Part shown: in pieces, positions 8,861 to 16,046 of the stretch
Numbering within the stretch: position 1 is the first letter of the stretch
Layout: every line of letters starts with the position of its first letter
Virus record (IMG/VR): IMGVR_UViG_3300012344_000014
Span: 1 to 42,580 of that record
Direction: 5' to 3' (one strand)
DNA length: 42,580 bases
Source: a virus
Lineage: Duplodnaviria; Heunggongvirae; Uroviricota; Caudoviricetes
The notes under the pieces: model-generated
Seen by the model: the letters and a program-made list of their open reading frames with translations, nothing else
Told to the model about the DNA's origin: nothing
Database searches by the model: none
Translations under genes and position numbers: made by a program

Positions 8861-9937
8861 ATGAAAATGGTTGAAGATCGTGAACTGCGCGGGTTCTGGG
8901 AAAAGGCTGAGGGCAAGGTTGAGCAGATGCTTTCGCGCATCGAAACGCTCGAAAAGGTGAAGCACCTATTTACCATTCCCGGCACAGATTTTATGACCAC
9001 ACGGCAGGTGGCGGAATATTACGAGGTCGATATCGAAACTGTTCGCAAAGTATATCAGCGTCATAAAGCGGAAATTGATTCGGATGGCACTGCGGTGAAG
9101 AAGGCGGCGGATTTTTTAACTGAACCTGAGGTTCAGGTTAAAGATGCAGATAGGCCAACTGGGCGGGAAGTCACGTTAGGGCGCGGCGATGGTAATGTTA
9201 GGGCTGGACAGCCTGTCCAGTCCAAAGGTTGTACGCGCGGGGTTACCTCTCTCGAATTCCGCAATGGTGTTGTGATTGAAATCAATAATGGCGGTACCCG
9301 CGTCTTTTCCCGCCGAGCTGTTCTTCGCATCGGTATGCTGATGCCGGGCTCGAGGGTTGCAACTGAGGTGCGCACGCAGTTGCTGAATGTGTTTGAGAAG
9401 GTGCCCGGCTTCGCTGCGGTTGAAGATCTTGATAAAGAGACGTTTTTGTATAAGCGTATTGGGGAAGCCTTTACGAATGGCAATGTGGTCGAGGCGTCGA
9501 GCTACATGACCCAGCTTACAGAGTATCTCAGCCGGAACAACAAAGCGCTCCGCGAGGCCAACAAAAATCTGGCAGACGACAATGAAAGGCTCGATGCTGA
9601 GAACAAGGTTTTGCTCAAAGAGGAGATGGAGTGGGACACCCGCAAACTCATCAACGCCGTTGTGCGCCGTGTTGCCGGCATTCGTTTCCCTGATGGCGGG
9701 GAATGGAAGTATGGCAAGATGTGGAATTACTGGAAGAGCCTGATGTATAACAAAGAGGGTATCAGCATTGGGCGGCGCCAGGTCGGTTGTAAAGGTTCTT
9801 ATCTGGACATGCTGCGCGATGACGAGTGGCCGGCGGCAATGAGCTGCACGCTGACGTTTGCGAAGCAATATGGAGTCGATATTGCCGACCTGTTGGCACA
9901 CGCGAAGGAGGGACTGCTCGATGAATGTAAATGCTGA
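8861..9937 (+). CDS. Antirepressor-like DNA-binding protein (ORF6N-like N-domain, coiled coil, C-terminal domain)
   Basis: MTTRQVAEYYEVDIETVRKVYQRH and FSRRAVLRIGMLM..SRVATEVR resemble phage ORF6N/antirepressor proteins. Confidence 0.65.
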   Translation: MKMVEDRELRGFWEKAEGKVEQMLSRIETLEKVKHLFTIPGTDFMTTRQVAEYYEVDIETVRKVYQRHKAEIDSDGTAVKKAADFLTEPEVQVKDADRPTGREVTLGRGDGNVRAGQPVQSKGCTRGVTSLEFRNGVVIEINNGGTRVFSRRAVLRIGMLMPGSRVATEVRTQLLNVFEKVPGFAAVEDLDKETFLYKRIGEAFTNGNVVEASSYMTQLTEYLSRNNKALREANKNLADDNERLDAENKVLLKEEMEWDTRKLINAVVRRVAGIRFPDGGEWKYGKMWNYWKSLMYNKEGISIGRRQVGCKGSYLDMLRDDEWPAAMSCTLTFAKQYGVDIADLLAHAKEGLLDECKC

Positions 9938-10307
9938 AGGGTATGTCAGCCTGAGTGAGCCGCGCGTGGTATCGCTTCTGATTTCGGGGAGAAGCAAGCT
10001 CGATCCATCTTTTTACCCTGAACTGGCGGCGGTGGGACCCACGGAGTCAACCGGGGTTCCCCGCTTCAACGACGCCGTAATCTGCACATATGCAGATCTC
10101 GACCGGCTGATTGGGGAATGCGGACTGTCGAAGGCGGAGCAATATACCGTGAACAAGCTGATGCGCGGCTATACGGTTATGGACATCGCTGAAATAAATA
10201 ACGTCAAGCACCCGACGGTGAGCGTCTGGTTTCGGCGGGCGGTGCAGAAAATTTGTAAATGTAACGAATCCCGGTGGGATGCTACTTATGTGTCTACGAA
10301 AAACTGA
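9921..10307 (+). CDS. Sigma-70 region-4-like HTH protein (128 aa)
   Basis: LSKAEQYTVNKLMRGYTVMDIAEINNVKHPTVSVWFRRAVQKI matches the region 4/LuxR HTH pattern; AAGGAGG RBS. Confidence 0.65.
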   Translation: MNVNAEGYVSLSEPRVVSLLISGRSKLDPSFYPELAAVGPTESTGVPRFNDAVICTYADLDRLIGECGLSKAEQYTVNKLMRGYTVMDIAEINNVKHPTVSVWFRRAVQKICKCNESRWDATYVSTKN

Positions 10308-10336
10308 ACTTGTTTGATATTAATATAAGGGAGGGA

Positions 10337-11056
10337 CTGATTATACTCGGTTACAATATTATTACCCCGAACGGGAAAGTAAAGAAGCTGCGCGTTGCAG
10401 ACAGCGAACAGAGATCTAAGGCAATAGCTGAATAGATCGAAGTTTGGAAGCAGTATTGCGAAAACAACTGGATCAGCACGCGGCACTATGATCAGCGGAC
10501 TCCGGAGGATAAGGTGAAGACCTTCCTCGACGGACTTGCATATTTTCTGATGCGTTCCGACACAGAAGGTATCGTGACTGATTACAAGGATATTCTGAAT
10601 GGTAAGAGGGAAGTCCCGGTATCTTCCTGCCCCCGCAGCGTGGAATATACTCTTTACGGCAATGGCGCTCCGCCCGAAGACGAAGACGAGAGCGGGTTTG
10701 GGATTCTGCTTGAGAATCTTGACCGCAAGGCTGAGCGCATGGAGCGGCGCAGAGCTGCGCAGAAAAAGAAGCCGAAACGAGTATCACGCATTGCCCGTTC
10801 TGAGCAGATTCGAAATGAGCTCGGAGCGTGTGAATTCTTTTTCCCGGTTGTCGACACAGATAATGAGTTTGAGCTGTTCGGCAACCGATACCATATTTCT
10901 TTGCAGGCAGAGCAGTATGGCGTGAAGCAGACCCGTGAGGGCGAGCTTTACGATATGGATCACATTGCGTGCGCTGTAAAGGGCGGAAACGTGGTTGCGT
11001 TTTTTGATGCGGACTTGAACCGGATATCGGACGAACTAATCGAGAGGGTGAGCTGA
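10337..11056 (+). CDS. Hypothetical protein extended through an in-frame TAG at 10433-10435; non-ATG start (CTG/ATT/ATA at 10337-10343)
   Basis: Strong AAGGGAGG RBS at 10327-10334; frame open except for one TAG in context KAIAE*IEVWKQY; continues into ORF 10514-11056. Confidence 0.6.
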
Positions 11057-11057
11057 G

Positions 11058-11834
11058 ATGGCAGCGAAGACTGCGGCTGGACTGGTTGCGTTTGTGAAAG
11101 AATGGGTTGGGCAGCCTTATTGGTATGGCACGCACTGTCACGATTGCACGACCTCTCTGTTAAAGCGTAAAGCTGCTCAGTACCCGGCTCATTACACGGC
11201 AGCGAGGATGCCGCGCTATCGTGCTGATATTGAAGCCGGTAAAAAATGCGCGGACTGTATTGGGCTTATTAAGGGGTATATGTGGATGGACGAAGAAACC
11301 GGCAAAGTCCGATATGGGTCGAACGGTTGCCCCGATAAGGGCGCGAACGGGATGTTCTCCTACGCAAAACAGCGCAAGCTGAAATGGGGAACAATCAACA
11401 CGTTGCCTGAACGGCCTGGTTTGGTGTTGTGGCGCAGCGGACATGTTGGCGTTTATATCGGTGGGGGAAAGTTGGTTGAGGCGCGCGGGTTTGCTACGGG
11501 TATTGTTGAGGCAAATGTTGCGGATCGAAACTTCACACACTGGTTTGAGATGCCGGCGCTCGCATATACAGAGCATGATGAACCTGTGAGCAAACCTGTT
11601 GCCGTAACAAGGATTACGTTGAAGCGTGGTATGAGCGGCAATGAGGTTCGCATGCTTCAGAACCGGCTGAATGAGATTGGCTATTCCTGCGGGGCGGCAG
11701 ATGGTAAATTTGGTGCGCTTACGCAGCGGGCGGTGAAAAGATTTCAGCGGGACAACGCGTTGCCGGTGAACGGAATCGCAGATGAAAAAACTTTGGAAAA
11801 AATTGAAAAAGTTTTTGCAAAACTGAAAAAATGA
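11058..11834 (+). CDS. Endolysin / cell-wall hydrolase: NlpC/P60 domain plus C-terminal peptidoglycan-binding domain
   Basis: ADCIGLI (catalytic Cys), GHVGVYIG (His); LKRGMSGNEVRMLQNRL..DGKFGALTQRAVKRFQ (PG_binding_1). Confidence 0.9.
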   Translation: MAAKTAAGLVAFVKEWVGQPYWYGTHCHDCTTSLLKRKAAQYPAHYTAARMPRYRADIEAGKKCADCIGLIKGYMWMDEETGKVRYGSNGCPDKGANGMFSYAKQRKLKWGTINTLPERPGLVLWRSGHVGVYIGGGKLVEARGFATGIVEANVADRNFTHWFEMPALAYTEHDEPVSKPVAVTRITLKRGMSGNEVRMLQNRLNEIGYSCGAADGKFGALTQRAVKRFQRDNALPVNGIADEKTLEKIEKVFAKLKK

Positions 11835-11860
11835 CCCTCAAAATGTTCCCTTTAATAGTG
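11818..11860 (+). promoter_or_regulatory. Phage-specific bipartite motif, copy 2, upstream of the tRNA cluster
   Basis: Repeat of 5354-5396. Confidence 0.55.
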
Positions 11861-11878
11861 AACGCAAAAGTTCACGGC

Positions 11879-11897
11879 GAACATTGACAACTGAATA
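11879..11897 (+). promoter_or_regulatory. boxA-like antitermination motif (GAACATTGACAACTGAATA) at the start of the tRNA operon
   Basis: Resembles Bacillota rrn boxA; position at the head of a stable-RNA cluster. Confidence 0.5.
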
Positions 11898-11899
11898 TT

Positions 11900-11989
11900 G
11901 GGCGCTGACAGCAAACACAAGTGATATAAGTTCTGAAAACTTTCAAGTCACTGGTTCCCACCAGTGATTCATCAAAAACATGCGCCCAG
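11900..11989 (+). ncRNA. GCGCT-ACAGCAA module copy 1, enclosing a degenerate anticodon-arm/T-arm-like fragment
   Basis: GGGCGC/GCGCCC closing stem, TGACAGCAA motif, internal CTGAAAA and ACTGG-TTCCCA-CCAGT hairpin. Confidence 0.55.
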
Positions 11990-12003
11990 TCTTATTACGT
12001 TAT

Positions 12004-12126
12004 CCGCATGTAGCTCAGAAAGGTAGAGCAACAGACAAAAAGAAAATGCGCGCAGTTAAAGGTGCGCTGACAGCAAAAGTTATTGGTTCAATCTGTGTGT
12101 CCCCGGTTCGAATCCGGGCGTGCGGA
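12004..12126 (+). tRNA. tRNA with a ~49-nt insertion in the anticodon loop; identity undetermined (possibly TTC)
   Basis: Canonical acceptor (CCGCATG/CGTGCGG), D arm, anticodon stem ACAGA/TCTGT and T arm GTTCGAATC; loop is 56 nt instead of 7. Confidence 0.7.
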
Positions 12127-12129
12127 AGC

Positions 12130-12189
12130 GGGCGCTAACAGCAATCTATTTGGAGAAGATTCGTAATCTTTATTTCATAACGCGCCCAG
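12130..12189 (+). ncRNA. GCGCT-ACAGCAA module copy, enclosing anticodon-like hairpin AAGA-TTCGTAA-TCTT
   Basis: GGGCGC-TAACAGCAA...AACGCGCCCAG. Confidence 0.55.
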
Positions 12190-12215
12190 TATTATTCAAG
12201 AAACAAGAGTCGCCC

Positions 12216-12470
12216 TTACCGGGCAGCCCCTGTTTGTTTGCGCCGTTTGGACCTTCTTATCAGGCGAGTTTTCCAGCGCTTCCGCCCAAGTGGTCGTTCC
12301 AGCTACGTGGCATATGTCGCAGGAAAGAGCAGCGCCAAGAATTCCCTGGCGGCGCAAACACCTTTTGCTATACTGACAATCGCACGAGGTAACGGAATAT
12401 AATCCGCCAGGAACGATACGGCGAACGCCGCACACAAAAGGACGACGAGTAGGATTCTCTATGTTTTCAT
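12216..12470 (-). CDS. Hidden small membrane protein, family B copy 1 (84 aa; TAG at codons 4, 56), basic C-terminus
   Basis: GGAGG RBS, TGCTATACT -10 at 12558-12566; aligns with 12681-12935 without gaps through WKTRL. Confidence 0.8.
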
Positions 12471-12572
12471 TGGTTTACCTCCATGTAATGTTTTCTCGCC
12501 TAATAAAACACACATGCGGCGACCGCGGAAAGCCAGAGCGTTCCAACCCGTACGAACAGTATAGCATATTAT

Positions 12573-12659
12573 GGAGAGATACTCAAGCGGTTTAAGAGGT
12601 CGGTTTGCTAAACCGATAGGCCGTAAGGCGCGCCTGTTCGAATCAGGCTCTCTCCGCCA
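12573..12659 (+). tRNA. tRNA-Ser(GCT)
   Basis: Class II cloverleaf with long variable arm, anticodon GCT, G discriminator, CCA. Confidence 0.92.
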
Positions 12660-12680
12660 GTAAATAGCAAAAGCCGCTCC

Positions 12681-12935
12681 TTAACGGAAACGGCTTCCGG
12701 TGTTATGTCGTCGTTTTCGCCTTTTCAGGCGGGTCTTCCACTGTTTCTGCGGATTTGTCCATTCAACAAACTTAGTGTACTGAGTCGGAATGACCAACGA
12801 AAGAATTTCGTGAACGACGCACAGCGCACCTGCTATGGCTGCCCACCATGACGGCAAGGAGAGAAACTCTCCAAGGAATGGAGTCATGATGGCAAGGCAC
12901 AGCAGCTATACAAACAGTTTCTTCTAAGTATTCAT
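12681..12935 (-). CDS. Hidden small membrane protein, family B copy 2 (84 aa; TAG at codons 4, 10)
   Basis: AAGGAGG RBS, TGATATAAT at 13024-13032; MNT*KKLFV*LLCLAIM; paralog of 12216-12470. Confidence 0.8.
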
Positions 12936-13037
12936 GAGAAAACCTCCTTGAATTATTTCGCCGCCCTGACAAAATAACCAAGGCTGTTCTTCACAAAACC
13001 TCGAAGTATACTGCTGTGCCGTAATTATATCACACAT

Positions 13038-13108
13038 CGCGCGGTAGTGCAAAGGCAGCACGCGGGATTCATATTCCTGCGATCCGGGTTCGAGTCCCGG
13101 CTGCGCAA
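13038..13108 (+). tRNA. tRNA-Met(CAT), initiator-like (C1:A72 mismatch)
   Basis: Cloverleaf, loop TTCATAT, GTTCGAGTC T arm; no encoded CCA. Confidence 0.8.
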
Positions 13109-13224
13109 TGGCACCTGTGTTCAGAGCCAAATCTATTCTTCTTAAGGCGGCGAGAAGTAAAGCAAGCCACCCCAATTCGAGGTTGGGATAATGCGTTATA
13201 CGCAAAAGAGCCAAACCTCACCCC

Positions 13225-13295
13225 GTGCGATTAATGTAACGGTAACATAACGCCCTTCCAAGGCGTTGTAGCGGGTTCAAATCCCGTATCGCACT
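13225..13295 (+). tRNA. tRNA-Gly(TCC)
   Basis: Cloverleaf, loop CTTCCAA, U discriminator. Confidence 0.9.
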
Positions 13296-13297
13296 TT

Positions 13298-13373
13298 GCC
13301 GTCTTAGCTCATTTGGCAGAGCAGCGCTCTTGTAAAGCGCAGGCGCTCGGTTCGAGTCCGAGAGACGGCTCCA
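13298..13373 (+). tRNA. tRNA-Thr(TGT)
   Basis: Cloverleaf, loop CTTGTAA, CCA end. Confidence 0.92.
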
Positions 13374-13456
13374 GCATCGTGTCGGCGGAGAGTTGCTGCC
13401 TCGAGGCCGGCTTTTCATTGAATACCTCCTTTCTGGGCGCCGGGAAACCGGCGTTT

Positions 13457-13529
13457 GGGGCCGTGACGCAATTGGCAGCGTACTCGCCTTGCACGCGAGA
13501 GGTTAGGGGTTCAAATCCCCTCGGCTCCA
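13457..13529 (+). tRNA. tRNA-Ala(TGC)
   Basis: Cloverleaf, loop CTTGCAC, G3:U70 identity pair. Confidence 0.92.
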
Positions 13530-13532
13530 TTT

Positions 13533-13593
13533 GGACGCTTACAGCAAATATTCTAGAGCAAATTTGTAACTTGCATTTTAGAAACGCGTCCAG
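13533..13593 (+). ncRNA. GCGCT-ACAGCAA module copy, enclosing anticodon-like hairpin GCAAA-TTTGTAA-CTTGC
   Basis: GGACGC-TTACAGCAA...AACGCGTCCAG; compensatory change in the closing stem relative to the other copies. Confidence 0.55.
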
Positions 13594-13606
13594 GATATCT
13601 TGACTT

Positions 13607-13683
13607 GGGCGGTTGGTGCAATTGGCAGACACAGCGACTTCTAATCTCGCGAGTTGAGGATTCGAATTCCTCACCGCTCACCA
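13607..13683 (+). tRNA. Amber suppressor tRNA (anticodon CTA), Leu-like body
   Basis: Acceptor GGGCGGT/ACCGCTC; D arm GTG-CAATTGGCAGA-CAC as in tRNA-Leu; loop TTCTAAT with CTA at 13641-13643; A73; CCA; short variable loop; C:C mismatch at 31:39. Confidence 0.88.
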
Positions 13684-13832
13684 ACGCCAATGGCCAGAGG
13701 CAACAAGCAGAGGGCGCGCAGATGCGTCCTGCTTCGGGAAGCGCTCCCGAGCGAAGCCTTCCGGAGGGTCGTCTGCCGGTTAACCGCGTCGAACCGAAAC
13801 CGCTGACGCGGATTCCATACAAACATGGCGTT
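13684..13832 (+). ncRNA. Unidentified multi-hairpin structured RNA directly 3' of the suppressor tRNA
   Basis: Ends pair (ACGCCA/TGGCGT); at least four internal hairpins; no credible ORF. Confidence 0.4.
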
Positions 13833-13889
13833 CAGCTTCCTGACGAAAAAGGAAAGCACAGGGGTCGAGTTACGTACAAGACCCCGCAT

Positions 13890-13967
13890 CGCACGAAACG
13901 CGAAACGGTATTTTCGCTCCGAGCTTATACCTCGGCTTAGTCAGTTCGACTCTGAATCGTGCGACCA
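13890..13967 (+). tRNA. Non-canonical tRNA-Ile(TAT)
   Basis: Acceptor CGCACGA/TCGTGCG, anticodon arm CCGAG-CTTATAC-CTCGG, T loop TTCGACT, ACCA end; atypical D arm. Confidence 0.65.
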
Positions 13968-14068
13968 CGCTCGTATAACGGGCTATGGCGGGCGGCTTGC
14001 TTCAGGTGGGGCCGGGAAGCCGGAATCCCATCAAGGCTTAGCCTCTATCGCATAACAGCTTGGGGCTG

Positions 14069-14176
14069 TTACTTCAAGCGACCTTCAAGATACCGTTCGA
14101 TAAGAATACCGACAAGTATCCAGAAAATCTCTTTGGCAATATTGAGCTATGTAGCCAAGATTGAAATCAAGATCAT
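14069..14176 (-). CDS. Hidden 35-aa hydrophobic peptide (MILISILAT*LNIAKEIFWILVGILIERYLEGRLK), type I toxin-like; TAG at codon 10
   Basis: GAAAGGA RBS; hydrophobic helix with charged tail; complementary flanks at 13987-13995 and 14240-14248. Confidence 0.6.
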
Positions 14177-14281
14177 ACTGTTTGTTCCTTTCCAGGATTG
14201 AGATTTATTTCATCTCTGGTCGCTGACAATTCTTCCCTTCCGCCCGCCCCAACATTTTAACACAAAACGGAGGAACTTTTA

Positions 14282-14776
14282 ATGCTGAAACCTGTTATTT
14301 CTATGAATAAGATGTCTATGAACGAATCGATCGCGACCACGTGCTGCTATGTCTGGAACGGCAACAGCCTGCTTGGCGCGGCGACGCTTCCTCACGGCGG
14401 CAAGCTTGTAGCGGACGCGAAGACCGATTCTTTTGTCCAGATCGAGAATACTCGCTACCCGCTGAATAGCACATGGTGGGATTATACGGACGGCCATGCT
14501 GCAAGCGGCGTGGCTGCACGAAGCGTTGTGACAAAGACCACGGATGGCAAGTGGGGCTATCATGATTATGCTAACCCCGGTGCGTTTACCCTGATGGAGA
14601 ATGGCCAGGTGACGAAGGAATTCTGCGACCACAAGAATCCGGAGATTTGTCCGTATTTCAAGGTTACAGAATATCTCGGCACGTTCACACACGTCGGCGC
14701 TACTTCCGCTCATTATAATCTGACCAGCGGCAACGAATGGCTGGCAGATCATCCGGCGCAGCAGTACATGTCCTGA
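14282..14776 (+). CDS. Hypothetical protein (164 aa)
   Basis: GGAGG RBS; followed by a terminator. Confidence 0.8.
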   Translation: MLKPVISMNKMSMNESIATTCCYVWNGNSLLGAATLPHGGKLVADAKTDSFVQIENTRYPLNSTWWDYTDGHAASGVAARSVVTKTTDGKWGYHDYANPGAFTLMENGQVTKEFCDHKNPEICPYFKVTEYLGTFTHVGATSAHYNLTSGNEWLADHPAQQYMS

Positions 14777-14793
14777 CGAATCGATGTTTCACT

Positions 14794-14825
14794 GGGCGGC
14801 ACAACTTCTCTGCCGCCCTCTTTTT
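14794..14825 (+). terminator. Intrinsic terminator
   Basis: GGGCGGCA/TGCCGCCC stem plus T run. Confidence 0.7.
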
Positions 14826-14857
14826 GTAACGGTGTTTCATGGATAAAGGAGCAGACA

Positions 14858-16042
14858 ATGAGCAGATTGTTGGAGGAGCTGACGGCGCAGGAAAAAAGAA
14901 ACCTGATTGGCGTCATTGAGGAAAAGAAAAACGGTCTGAGCGACAAGGATTGGAGCGAGATCGTTGAGGAATATGGCCTTGGCATCAACGCTGAAACGCT
15001 ACGCAAGGCCGGCGTTGGAATAAAGCTTGCGGCCGACGCGGGAATGCTGGGCGGCGGGCAGGAGAACGGTTTCATCGAACGGCAGAAGATGCGCGACTTG
15101 ACGAAACAGGTTAACCAGATGTACCGCACGCAGTCTCGCAGTGAACTTTTGCGGGAGACAATTCGCGAGACGGTGAAAGCGCTGCCTTCGGCGGGGCAAT
15201 ACAAATGGACTCCGGTGCGGCTTGACAGCGACAATGGCAATAAGGCGTTGACGCTGGCTATCGGCGACTTTCACTATGGGGCTGAGATAAAAATCAAAGG
15301 GCTGCGCGGAGAAGTTGTGAATCAGTATGATCACAATGTGTTCGAAAGCCGAATGGAAAGACTTCTGGCCGAGACGAAAAGGATCGCAGTAAAGGAACAT
15401 CCGCACACGCTGTATCTGTTCCTCATGGGCGACATGCTGGATGGGATGCTCCGACAATCTCAATTGATGCGGCTGGAATACGGGCTTGTTGAGAGCACGA
15501 TTCAGCTGGCGGAATATCTTGCGAAATGGATACAGCGACTGTACATTGAAACAGGATGTCTGGTTTCTGCGCATGCGGTAAGCGGCAATCATTCTGAAGT
15601 TCGCCCGCTGAAAGCAAAGAGCCGCGAGTTTGAAGAGGAAAATCTTGAGAAGATCATTATGTGGTATCTTGAGAGCCGGCTTGCAGAGGACGGAATTTAT
15701 ATCGACGCGAGCTGCGAGCGGATGAACTACGTGAGCGTGGAAGGGTTTAATTTTCTCTTGCTACACGGAGACGAAGAACGCTCCATCTCAGATATCGCGC
15801 GCAATGCGGTGAACCTTTATGGGGAGTCGATCGATTTTTTCATCTGCGCGCACAAGCATCGGGAGCAGGAATATCCATCCGGCCTTACGCCGGACGGGAA
15901 CAGCGTGATTGTTCGGGTGCCAAGCATTTGCGGACCCGACCGTTACGCACAGACAAAACATTATGGAGGAGCCGCCGGGGCGATCGCTATGCTAATAGAA
16001 CATGGTTACGGTCGCCGGTGCGTGTATCCAATCAAATTGTAA
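14858..16042 (+). CDS. Calcineurin-like metallophosphoesterase (394 aa)
   Basis: Motifs GDFHYG, MGDMLDG, SGNH, LHGD, AHKH. Confidence 0.85.
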   Translation: MSRLLEELTAQEKRNLIGVIEEKKNGLSDKDWSEIVEEYGLGINAETLRKAGVGIKLAADAGMLGGGQENGFIERQKMRDLTKQVNQMYRTQSRSELLRETIRETVKALPSAGQYKWTPVRLDSDNGNKALTLAIGDFHYGAEIKIKGLRGEVVNQYDHNVFESRMERLLAETKRIAVKEHPHTLYLFLMGDMLDGMLRQSQLMRLEYGLVESTIQLAEYLAKWIQRLYIETGCLVSAHAVSGNHSEVRPLKAKSREFEEENLEKIIMWYLESRLAEDGIYIDASCERMNYVSVEGFNFLLLHGDEERSISDIARNAVNLYGESIDFFICAHKHREQEYPSGLTPDGNSVIVRVPSICGPDRYAQTKHYGGAAGAIAMLIEHGYGRRCVYPIKL

Positions 16043-16046
16043 GTTC

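Noticed and set aside
11900..12189. CRISPR mini-array interpretation of the GCGCT-ACAGCAA repeats
   Set aside because: Repeats are short, degenerate, irregularly spaced and interleaved with tRNAs; no cas genes in the window.
13110..13220. Possible additional tRNA between tRNA-Met and tRNA-Gly
   Set aside because: Only a T-arm-like hairpin (CCCAA-TTCGAGG-TTGGG); no convincing acceptor or anticodon arms.
13374..13456. Possible HDV-like theta ribozyme 3' of tRNA-Thr
   Set aside because: GTCGGC/GCCGGC can pair and CCTCG is present, but I could not place P1.1, P4 and J4/2; needs a descriptor search.
13607..13683. TAG=Gln (code 15) or pyrrolysine
   Set aside because: The tRNA has A73, a G1:C72 pair and a Leu-type D arm with standard T loop, and the internal TAG columns align with I/V/L/F. 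Gln is not formally excluded without proteomics; one N-terminal TAG aligns with Lys.
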